Counted from the stretch's first letter, positions 27,255 through 34,822 are shown. The stretch: 54,622 bases of DNA from a candidate division WWE3 bacterium RIFCSPHIGHO2_01_FULL_40_23 (GCA_001772615.1 MEUZ01000001.1:1-54622), one strand, 5' to 3'. A program made the numbers and translations. Notes: generated by a model from the letters alone, not told the origin.

Positions 27255-28085
27255 AGGGCAGTGAATCTTCATTTGTAATCTATCCGATTCACTGCCCTTG
27301 GGGTGGAGGTGGGATTTGCGGTGCCTGGGATGTCCTCGCTGGGCGAAGTATACCAGGTATCAAACACACAAACCCCACCTCGTCGTGTGAGAGCTGACCC
27401 TAAGAAAAAAAGGATCAACTCCCACAGGTGCGGTGCGATTAAAACTGGCCTCGAAGGTAGGTCAAATCGCACCCGCTCTGGACTCGCTCTGGCGGTTCTT
27501 TTTACACAGGTTGGGGGTTTACGCCCTTTTTCCCTGCGCAAGCTGGAAAAGGAATCCTACTTTCCTGCTTGAATGAAGAACACTCCGCCAAAGATCAACC
27601 CGGGCCTTCGCGTGTATCACCGGGTTGGTAACATCCCTGAATCCAAACTTCCTCGCGCATAGGAGGCTATTTTTAGCCCGCGATGAAGTTTCGCTGATTC
27701 CCGTGTCTGAAACCAGCAGGATTCAGGGTCCCTCCAGGATCAAGTCTGCATCCCACGTTGCAGATACTCTGGAAGGTCGTTAGTTTGGGCCAGTGCGGTC
27801 GGCGAGGGCAGAGAGCGCTAGGGAGCACTCGCACCTAGATTGCAGCCGCCAGTTGTTTAGCAAGGTCATTAGCCCAAAGACTAATAACGCCTTCGGGGGG
27901 CAAGGTGTGCCCGCTTGCGTCGGTTGCGGCGGCTGAAAGCACCGAAGCCGCGCCCGGCCCAGTTACATTCCAGCAGGCGGGGAAACGCATAGTTCCCATG
28001 TCGGGTGTGACGGCATCTCACAAGGAGAGCCCACACCGCACAGCCTGCTGAGCTGCTGCTGCCCTATCCTATCTGAGGGCACAGA
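27255..28085 (-). ncRNA. Candidate large structured ncRNA (~830 nt) of unknown family
   Basis: GC-rich, no ORF over ~90 codons, nearly continuous nested helices. Minus strand favoured by an upstream TTGACA-17-TATGCT promoter and a 3' hairpin plus T-tract. Confidence 0.65.
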
Positions 28086-28107
28086 AAGCCAAAAAAGCAT
28101 TTATCTT

Positions 28108-28194
28108 GTCATTGCGAGCGTTCGAACCAAGTTCGAATAGCAATCCCGACGGGATCGCTTCGTCATTCGCCTAAGGCGAATTCTTCGCGATGAC
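28108..28194. repeat. REP-like paired element
   Basis: GTCATTGCGAG...GCAATC...GATCGCTTCG...CGCGATGAC. Confidence 0.8.
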
Positions 28195-28265
28195 ACAAAG
28201 GTAAATACCTCACTTGCCTTCCTGCTAAATAGGCAGTAAAAAATCTGTTTCTAAGGGTAATTTGT

Positions 28266-28305
28266 AGCATATCGCATCCATTTACCCTTGTCAAGTTGCT
28301 ATAGG
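28266..28305 (-). promoter_or_regulatory. sigma70 promoter with upstream CCTATAG, pointing toward the large RNA
   Basis: Minus strand CCTATAG-caac-TTGACA-17-TATGCT. Confidence 0.65.
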
Positions 28306-28340
28306 TTAATACCAGCCAAAACCTTTTACTTTCTTTACGT

Positions 28341-28471
28341 GTCATTGCGAACGAAGTGAAGCAATATAAGGGGATTGCTTCGGGCTTGAGCCCTCGCAAT
28401 GACGTTGTAAGTCGTCATTCTGGCGAAAGCCAGAATCTACAATTCTAGATTCCTGCTTTCGCAGGAATGAC
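28341..28471. repeat. REP-like cluster
   Basis: GTCATTGCGAAC...CGCAATGAC; GTCATTCTGGCGAAAGCCAGAATCT; GATTCCTGCTTTCGCAGGAATGAC. Confidence 0.85.
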
Positions 28472-28562
28472 ATAGTGAAGACCGGAATGAATAAAAAGCT
28501 TTGGTTGGCGGCGAATGTTTGGCTCTCAATGAGATTCCAAAATTCGCCGTCCGATCCTGTGA

Positions 28563-28793
28563 TTACGTAAACTTGTACCACAGGATGAGGATACCAGCTA
28601 AGGGGGTCAGAACGAGTACCCAAAGCTGGAGGGTGGTGCTGTAATCGCTACCAGGGGCTTGCCGGCATACAACTCCGGATGACGAGTTTGAAACTTTCCC
28701 GCTCATCCAGATTGTCCCTCCGACAATGATCGCCCCAAAGAGAACCGCTGCTAACACCCCATTAGCAGCAATTGACAAAAATTCAGCAATCAT
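28563..28793 (-). CDS. Small 2-TM membrane protein
   Basis: GGAGG SD before ATG 28793; two hydrophobic helices. Confidence 0.65.
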   Translation of the reverse strand: MIAEFLSIAANGVLAAVLFGAIIVGGTIWMSGKVSNSSSGVVCRQAPGSDYSTTLQLWVLVLTPLAGILILWYKFT

Positions 28794-28952
28794 TTTATCC
28801 TCCATCATTCTTTTATGTACCGATTAATTTCCTTCCCTACCCGATCCCAAAGCGGCACGTCTTTCGAATCGGAAAGTAAATTAGACTTTCAGGAAGGCAG
28901 GTTAAAAGAAAACTTCTTCCAACCTGTCTTTCTAAAAGCATCATGTTTTCCC

Positions 28953-29150
28953 GTCATTGCGACCATGAAGTAGAGCGCAAGCTCTCACTTCACGGGAAGC
29001 AATCCCCTTAACAGATCGCTTCGTCACTACGTTCCTCGCGATGACGCGTCAATGTCATTGTGATCGCGAGGCAAAACCGAAGCGGGAAGCAATCTCGTCA
29101 TTCCGGGCTTGACCCGGAATCTACAGATGCCGGATCGGGTCCGGCATGAC
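28953..29150. repeat. REP-like cluster
   Basis: Several GTCAT-/-ATGAC hairpins, e.g. GTCATTCCGGGCTTGACCCGGAATCT and GATGCCGGATCGGGTCCGGCATGAC. Confidence 0.85.
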
Positions 29151-29268
29151 ACATACCTTGAAATCCGTCTGTTTAAAATTTCTACTCCCTTAGAGTAAAA
29201 CCCTTAAACAAACGGCTGATGAATGCAAACTTTCGTTCACTCTCATCAGCCGGACAAAGCAGGTAGAA

Positions 29269-29997
29269 TTAGTGGCCCTTCTTCCCCTTCCCTGCGCCGC
29301 GTGCCTTATTGCGAAAGTCACGATCATCGGCGGCGCGGGCGGCCTTGGCTTTGGCGATCTCAGCGGCTGTCTTTCCGGATTTTTCGACAGCGGAAAAGCC
29401 ATCATCGCGACCGCGGAAAAACCTGACATGGGAGTTGGCTATACCCACAGCCTTGCCCATAATGGCTGTAGCTTCCAGGTAGCTCCCATTGCGGTTACCG
29501 TCCTTAGGTTCAAGTTTGGACAAGGCCTCTTCCTTCATTGCAAACGCTTCCTCCGGGAGGTTCGTCTTAAAGCGGCCGGCTTCGCCAATCAAACTCTGGA
29601 AGCGTTTCACCATTGGCCCGAGGGCTTCATGGGCAAGTTCCTCAATAACTTTGTTACCCAACACTTTCGCCAGGTCATATTGCCGAGCTTTGAAAGCTTC
29701 CACGACCACGGCAAAAAGCCGCTCAACCATCTTCAAAGCGACACCACGTGTGGCAACCCAACCCGCCAACTTTTCAGCACGGCGTTTCTGGGCGTCAAGA
29801 ATGTAACGAGCTTTGGCCCGGTCCCAGGAAAACTGGGCTTGGACCTTAGCGGTTTGATACAGTTTGCACTGATACCCGCAGAAATGGCTATGGACTACGA
29901 CGCGCACCTGCCTCTCACCAACCATTTCGAAACGGTCCGTGGGAAAAACGCAACCTTTACCGTCACTTTGCGGCACGTCGTTGCACCGCAGAAACAA
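29269..29997 (-). CDS. Hypothetical protein (Cys/His N-terminus, helical body, basic tail); possibly joined to 29895-30116
   Basis: 242-codon ORF with a protein-like composition; TTG start. Confidence 0.65.
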   Translation of the reverse strand: MFLRCNDVPQSDGKGCVFPTDRFEMVGERQVRVVVHSHFCGYQCKLYQTAKVQAQFSWDRAKARYILDAQKRRAEKLAGWVATRGVALKMVERLFAVVVEAFKARQYDLAKVLGNKVIEELAHEALGPMVKRFQSLIGEAGRFKTNLPEEAFAMKEEALSKLEPKDGNRNGSYLEATAIMGKAVGIANSHVRFFRGRDDGFSAVEKSGKTAAEIAKAKAARAADDRDFRNKARGAGKGKKGH

Positions 29998-30116
29998 CGG
30001 TAAACTTCCCCGTCACTGGACCAACTCCCCTTCTCTGGAAGCGAAACCTTCGCAGGTCCCGCCACCAGAACCGTAGTTGGCAAAGCCGCCACGGCCGTAC
30101 TGGTAATGGTGTCCAT
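29895..30116 (-). CDS. Hypothetical ORF overlapping 29997 (possible N-terminal half of a frameshifted gene)
   Basis: Strong AGGAGAAAAAAG-ATG start; 103-nt overlap with the next ORF. Confidence 0.45.
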   Translation of the reverse strand: MDTITSTAVAALPTTVLVAGPAKVSLPEKGSWSSDGEVYRCFCGATTCRKVTVKVAFFPRTVSKWLVRGRCAS

Positions 30117-30302
30117 CTTTTTTCTCCTATTGAAAGGACTTACTTAAATTAGCCTCCGCAAGGCGCGGAAAGCTATCCGAACCAGAACACAAATTTGTGC
30201 AACTCACCTCAACTAGCAATTTCGCATTCTGATTCGGACAGCTTTCACAAGAAGTTAATTTTCAAGATCACAGGTTTTTATTTTTAAAGACGATTTGAGA
30301 AT

Positions 30303-30353
30303 AAAAAACTGAAGGGGAGAAAACTTATCTATGATGAATAAGTCAAACTCCCC
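30303..30353 (-). terminator. Long-stem terminator
   Basis: GGGGAG/CTCCCC plus ACTTAT/ATAAGT stems followed by T6 on the minus strand. Confidence 0.7.
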
Positions 30354-30713
30354 ATCCTGAAACTCTTTGGCCCGCAATAGCCTTGAGTCCGTTTTTAGAA
30401 GATCGCCCATCCTCTTAAACGTAACGGTTCAGGTTGCCGACTGATCTATTCCCACTTAGCTTGCCGATGGCTAAGCTGATCAGATTGGGTTGGCATCTTT
30501 TTAACTCTTTGAAAAGAGCTTCACCTCCACCTGTTTATTTCCAGGCTTTTAGGGCGAAGTCAGGAATAGGCTTACAGACAATGGTAAGCCACTGACCTTC
30601 AGATGCCATGGGAGGAATGCGCGCGCTTTAACGGATCATTTCTTCTCCTTTCCCGGGGCTGCCTCATGGACAGAACTTAATCCCGGACTAAAGGCGCGCT
30701 GGGCACCCGAAAA

Positions 30714-30878
30714 TCAGTCGCGACTATCGCAGACACAGTCCGCCTTCAGATGAAGGCAGTCTGGGCAAAAGGCCGCACTCGGGTCCGCAGGGGGAAGCTC
30801 AACCTGAACAATTTGACCGTCACGGATGGCCGTGACTGTCGTCTTACTCCCCTGCTTGTTTGAATTATTATTAGCCAT
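30714..30878 (-). CDS. 54-aa Cys-rich microprotein (not in the ORF track)
   Basis: GGGAGGGAGG SD; MANNNSNKQGSKTTVTAIRDGQIVQVELPPADPSAAFCPDCLHLKADCVCDSRD*. Confidence 0.65.
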   Translation of the reverse strand: MANNNSNKQGSKTTVTAIRDGQIVQVELPPADPSAAFCPDCLHLKADCVCDSRD

Positions 30879-31050
30879 CTTTCCTCCCTCCCGAGAAAGA
30901 GGAGTCGGGGGTTAAAGTTCAGAACTCCCGGCCCATACATAATTCCAATTAAAAAACCAGGTTTTAGAGAGAATCGCTGGGTAAATTACAATTCATTCCA
31001 AAACCTGGTCTTTTCTCTCTCCTAGAAATCATCAAACATTTACGTCTCAT

Positions 31051-31195
31051 GTCATCCTGAACTGACTTTATGTCATGCCGGATTGGATCCTTGTCATCCT
31101 GAACTTGATTCAGGACCCCTGCATCCGCAGGGACAGGTCTAATCCTAGATTCTGACTTTCGTCAGAATGACAAAGTTCTTAGGCGCCAGAATGAC
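31051..31195. repeat. REP-like cluster
   Basis: GTCATCCTGAAC..., GTCATCCTGAACTTGATTCAGGA, GATTCTGACTTTCGTCAGAATGAC. Confidence 0.85.
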
Positions 31196-31224
31196 GATAA
31201 ACAACCGCCTTCAACTACAGGATT

Positions 31225-31264
31225 ACTATATCATAACTATAGGTTAATGTCAACCTGCTATAGG
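31225..31264 (-). promoter_or_regulatory. sigma70 promoter with two CCTATAG motifs
   Basis: CCTATAG-cagg-TTGACA-(17 nt containing CCTATAG)-TATAGT. Confidence 0.7.
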
Positions 31265-31467
31265 CTAACACAAGCTACACCCGCCCGAGAGTGAATTAAG
31301 AGATTCCCGCTTTTCCGCCAAAGGCGGACAGGTGCGGGGAATACACCCCCACGGAGCAAGCTCCGTAGATGTCCGCTCATTTATGACAATGGTTGGTAGA
31401 AGGCGGTCAAGCGCGGGGGTGAGAGGGACGATCGAAAGGCCTAATGACGTAAAGATAATGGCCTAAA

Positions 31468-32160
31468 TTATTCGCCCAAGAAACGGAGTATTAAATCAGG
31501 GGAGACGGAGTTAATGATCTCCGGGGAAAGAGCCCCCTCCTCTAGTGCGAGGTACGAATACCAATCTGCAACATGATCCCGCAAAGCCTCAAGCAGTAAA
31601 CGCTCGGCCGCCTCCTTGTTTCGCAGCTGATCCCTCGTTTCTTCATTTCTTACAACCATATTCGTAGGCTTATGCGTAACTCTTACTGATGAGGCAACTT
31701 TATTAACGTTCTGCCCTCCGGCCTTAGTATGGGATCTTATAAAATCAAAGCGGCAGTCAGACTCAAGGTTCACAGCTACCTTCTTATTTTCAAGGCAGTT
31801 TCTAACCCAACTACAGTATCCCTCAAAAAACCTGTTTTCCTCCTCCGCGTTTTTAAAACGTGGGAAGCTCTGTAAAACACCCATAATCCTTCCCTGCGCT
31901 TCCTCTTTTCTTTTTTCCTTGGAAAACGAAACGGATATCTCAAAAGCTTTTGCCGAAGTTTTACTCCCCTTAGCCCTTTCCTTTCCTCCTTTGCCGCCAC
32001 CCTTCCCTCCCCTTTCAGGGTTCACATGTTCAAAATCTTCATATGCTTCCCACAGCTCCTTTTTTTCTTCTTTGACTTCACCGGAATTTTCAACCGGTTT
32101 ATCGCCATCCCCACCACCATTAATCAACGCATCATCCGTCGTTTCAAACCTATTGCTCAT
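31468..32160 (-). CDS. Standalone class I peptide chain release factor (GGQ) domain protein
   Basis: F.RS...AGGQNVNKV.S.VR.TH.PT...V.....R.Q..NK..A...L. Confidence 0.88.
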   Translation of the reverse strand: MSNRFETTDDALINGGGDGDKPVENSGEVKEEKKELWEAYEDFEHVNPERGGKGGGKGGKERAKGSKTSAKAFEISVSFSKEKRKEEAQGRIMGVLQSFPRFKNAEEENRFFEGYCSWVRNCLENKKVAVNLESDCRFDFIRSHTKAGGQNVNKVASSVRVTHKPTNMVVRNEETRDQLRNKEAAERLLLEALRDHVADWYSYLALEEGALSPEIINSVSPDLILRFLGE

Positions 32161-32258
32161 ATTGAAACTTTACCAGAATTTCCGGTTTATGAGAAAGAAA
32201 AAGCCCCTCCTCTACTCGCATAGTCACACGCGAAGTAAAGCAAGGGGCTAGCCGAGTG

Positions 32259-32519
32259 CTAGGCTACACCGGCAAAAGGTCTCCATGCTTCAATGCTAAA
32301 TTGACGAAGAACGGGATGGGCTTTAAGCACATTAAGAAACTCCTCCGGGGAGTTTAGGATGTCTTGAAGCTGCCATCCTTGAGTCGCGAATTGCTGTGGA
32401 ATCTGATCAGAATTGGTTACCTCAACACTAACCTGGATCGATCCATATCCGCCATAGTAAATTGCAACCCAGCGGTACATACCCTTCGCCATCTTCACAC
32501 AGAAGACACCTGAAAACAT
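32259..32519 (-). CDS. Hypothetical protein (paralog of 32713)
   Basis: GGAGG SD; shares EFL.....HPVL with 32713-32982. Confidence 0.7.
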   Translation of the reverse strand: MFSGVFCVKMAKGMYRWVAIYYGGYGSIQVSVEVTNSDQIPQQFATQGWQLQDILNSPEEFLNVLKAHPVLRQFSIEAWRPFAGVA

Positions 32520-32619
32520 GACACACTCCTCCAATTCAGTTTAGGATTTTGAAGACTTCAGCGGGGAAACAAGTTATGATTATAGGAAAATATTTTTAAA
32601 GATGCAAGCGCAAAAAGAG

Positions 32620-32694
32620 CGCCCCCGGGAGGATTTGAACCATCCACTTCATCCGTTAACCGCGGATTGCTCTATGCCTTTAAGCTACGGGGGC
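32620..32694 (-). tRNA. Atypical tRNA-Asn(GTT), possibly a pseudogene
   Basis: GCCCCCG/CGGGGGC acceptor, ATCCG/CGGAT anticodon stem, loop CGGTTAA (G33), extra T in the T-stem, no encoded CCA. Confidence 0.75.
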
Positions 32695-32712
32695 GATTGC
32701 AAGTTGGACCTC

Positions 32713-32982
32713 CTAGTGGAGGGTGGAGCCAAAAACCTCGCTCCAATTAACACTGGAAAGAACCGGATGCTTACCAGCCATTTCAAGAAACTCGGGAATA
32801 GTATAATCCTTATCTGAAGGACGAAAATCAAGCTCTTGGCCCGAGAGCGCAGCCTCCAGTGAAACACCCAGTACAGTAAAGAAACTGCCTCCCACCCTAT
32901 ACTTCCCACCATTCCAGTCGGTTACACCTACCCATTTGACCCCATCTCCAACTCTCACGCGAAATGCCTGGATAACTGGCAT
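32713..32982 (-). CDS. Hypothetical protein (paralog of 32259)
   Basis: AAAGGAG SD; EFLEMAGKHPVL motif. Confidence 0.7.
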   Translation of the reverse strand: MPVIQAFRVRVGDGVKWVGVTDWNGGKYRVGGSFFTVLGVSLEAALSGQELDFRPSDKDYTIPEFLEMAGKHPVLSSVNWSEVFGSTLH

Positions 32983-33065
32983 TGAGCGTCTCCTTTCTGT
33001 GTTATGAGGATTTTACCATTAAAAATCTGTAGGGAGAAATCTACCTAAACCTGATAAAATCTAAA

Positions 33066-33515
33066 TCAAGCTGATAACTGGTGCTGCATTTGCCCAAGGA
33101 AACTTTCAAAAATCTTTTTCTGTGCATATTGCCCACCTTTGTCAGCCTCTTCAACATCCCTAGCGTCAAAGGCTAAGAGGTATATCTTTTCACCTGTTCT
33201 TCTTTCAAAATCACGAGCCATCCTTAACTTTTTTTCAACAACTTCAGACCCACCAACAGTAACATCTATTCTTAACAAGTCCTCTTTTTGCGGATCCCAG
33301 ATCCAAAAGTCTGTATGTTCATCCTCATCAGAAGCATCTCCTTTTGCAATGCTCAAGTATCTACGATCAATGTAATCTTTATTGGAAGCAACAGCAAAGC
33401 CGCCGGATCGTGCAAGCACATTAAAAACAACCTCCTGCGCTATCTTTCCATATTCTTCTGAACCCGGATTTTCATCACTTGGAAACAAAGACATATAAAT
33501 AATATTATTATCCAA
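33066..33515 (-). CDS. Hypothetical protein, possible PD-(D/E)xK-like fold
   Basis: Acidic motifs EDEHTDF...RIDVT...EKK; fold assignment is tentative. Confidence 0.6.
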   Translation of the reverse strand: MDNNIIYMSLFPSDENPGSEEYGKIAQEVVFNVLARSGGFAVASNKDYIDRRYLSIAKGDASDEDEHTDFWIWDPQKEDLLRIDVTVGGSEVVEKKLRMARDFERRTGEKIYLLAFDARDVEEADKGGQYAQKKIFESFLGQMQHQLSA

Positions 33516-33754
33516 GTAGAGATGAAAAGCAAAAAATTAAGTGGATTTAAAATCGGGAGATAGACACTGCCCCCATCTACCTCCCAATTCAAATCCTATA
33601 CAAGATTTTTTGAAATGTCAATGTTTGACGCTTAAAGTATTGACAATATAAATAACCATGATGGTTAAACACTTAGTTCAGAATGGAAACATCTGATATA
33701 TGTATGAGGACATTCACTACTCATTATTCACGTGGTAGTAAAGATTGACAGTGA

Positions 33755-33875
33755 GATCCCCGATTAGATCGGGGATGACGGATATGAACTGAAAGAACTC
33801 CGTATGTCATTCCCGTGAAAACGGGAATCTCAACAGGATCGCTTCCCGCCACCCTTTACTCGCCATCGCAATGAC
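33755..33875. repeat. REP-like cluster
   Basis: GATCCCCGATTAGATCGGGGATGAC; GTCATTCCCGTGAAAACGGGAATCT. Confidence 0.85.
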
Positions 33876-33922
33876 GTTTGCTATGGCTCCTACAGTTCAT
33901 GGGGTAATAATATCCCGCAAAG

Positions 33923-34537
33923 TTACACTCTTCTTGCTTTCACAAGGAGTCTTTTACTATAGTCTTGGCTTTTATAATCCCATACCCCACCGCAGGTTAT
34001 AAGAGTTATAATGGGCTCCTTAGAATCTTCGTATGCTTTAGTCACGGATTCGGGGTCATTCACGGGAACATAAGAAACCTCATATACCTTAAATTTCCGT
34101 ACTTTACCCACTTCATCCTTTACCTCAACCTCATCCCCTTCTGAAAGGCTGACCAGATTATAAAAAATTGCGGGAGCTCCGCCGGGCCTATCAAAATGCC
34201 CAGCTAAAATTGCATTACCCTCTTCTCCGGCTTTGGGGCCGTTTTCATACCAACCCACCTCATTATAATTTGACGGTGTCTCAAGCCTTCCGTCCTCCTC
34301 TACTCCGATTTCCACTATATTAACGTCTTTCAACCCGATTTTGGAAATACTTATTGAAACCGGCTTGAAGACTAAAGGCTTTAAAAGTGACTTAAATAAA
34401 GAGGCATTAATCTCATTAGTAAAATTCTCCTCTGCCTTAATATTCGGATGTGAAAATTTTTCAAGTGCAAAAAGAGCGGTCCCTAAAGCCGCTATAGCGA
34501 GTAAATTAAACCATCTTTCATTTTCTATCTTCATCAT
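33923..34537 (-). CDS. Class F sortase
   Basis: VGWY..GPKAGEEGNAILAGHFD...ITLITCGG.WD......KRLLV. Confidence 0.93.
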   Translation of the reverse strand: MMKIENERWFNLLAIAALGTALFALEKFSHPNIKAEENFTNEINASLFKSLLKPLVFKPVSISISKIGLKDVNIVEIGVEEDGRLETPSNYNEVGWYENGPKAGEEGNAILAGHFDRPGGAPAIFYNLVSLSEGDEVEVKDEVGKVRKFKVYEVSYVPVNDPESVTKAYEDSKEPIITLITCGGVWDYKSQDYSKRLLVKARRV

Positions 34538-34560
34538 GGCACTACACCTTCAAATGTACA

Positions 34561-34589
34561 TTGTAATAATATACTACAATTTATATAAT
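34561..34589 (+). promoter_or_regulatory. Promoter of the tRNA-like gene
   Basis: TTGTAA-17-TATAAT, 12 nt upstream of 34602. Confidence 0.65.
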
Positions 34590-34601
34590 ACCTTCCGTGG
34601 T

Positions 34602-34689
34602 GGAGGGTATTGCCCGTCGGACGGGACCTACTTCAACAAAGTTGGATTCGCAAACCGCGGATAGAGTTCGACTCTCTTGCCCTCCGCCA
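34602..34689 (+). tRNA. Non-canonical tRNA, allo-tRNA/selC-like 8/4 structure, anticodon ambiguous (UCA or AAC)
   Basis: 8-bp acceptor GGAGGGTA/TGCCCTCC plus GCCA, D-stem CCCGT/ACGGG, 6-bp variable arm ATTCGC/GCGGAT, 4-bp T-stem AGAG/CTCT with TTCGACT loop. Confidence 0.75.
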
Positions 34690-34711
34690 CACTAGATGTA
34701 ACTCCAACCAA

Positions 34712-34739
34712 TTGACAATGAACCAATATATGTTATTGT
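34712..34739 (+). promoter_or_regulatory. Promoter of the downstream sRNA
   Basis: TTGACA-16-TATTGT with a TGn extended -10; predicted TSS ~34746. Confidence 0.65.
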
Positions 34740-34745
34740 AAAATC

Positions 34746-34822
34746 GTTGAAGTAGGTAAAAGCGAACTCTATTCGCTTTATGCGAATCCACAAAAAAGCT
34801 CCCGTTAAAGGGAGCCTTTTTG
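34746..34822 (+). ncRNA. Candidate antisense sRNA to the allo-tRNA-like RNA
   Basis: 34746-34757 is the reverse complement of 34626-34637; 34763-34790 pairs 25/28 with 34643-34670; ends in a GCTCCC/GGGAGC terminator. Confidence 0.65.
34793..34822. terminator. Bidirectional terminator
   Basis: A5-GCTCCC-GTTAAA-GGGAGC-C-T5. Confidence 0.8.

Noticed and set aside
27255-28085. Group I/II intron, RNase P or tmRNA identity for the large RNA
   Set aside because: No domain V (AGC...AY-bulge) helix, no convincing P/Q/R/S set, no GAGGAAAGUCC P4 element, no T-arm/CCA end or tag ORF.
29272-30003. 243-codon plus-strand ORF exactly antisense to 29269-29997
   Set aside because: Likely a shadow ORF of a GC-rich gene: no SD or promoter, and the translation is not protein-like.
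31340-31465. Hammerhead-like words (CTAATGA, GAAA) downstream of the release-factor gene
   Set aside because: The core is not CTGATGA and the three required stems cannot be built; more likely terminator/REP debris.
33640-33750. Possible plus-strand sRNA with a GAAA-tetraloop hairpin
   Set aside because: Only two short stems, ambiguous promoter and no terminator; insufficient support.
34633-34635. UGA recoding (genetic code 25/4) suggested by the UCA-type anticodon
   Set aside because: TGA ends several clear genes (3993, 40095, 41998) and no conserved gene is interrupted by TGA.
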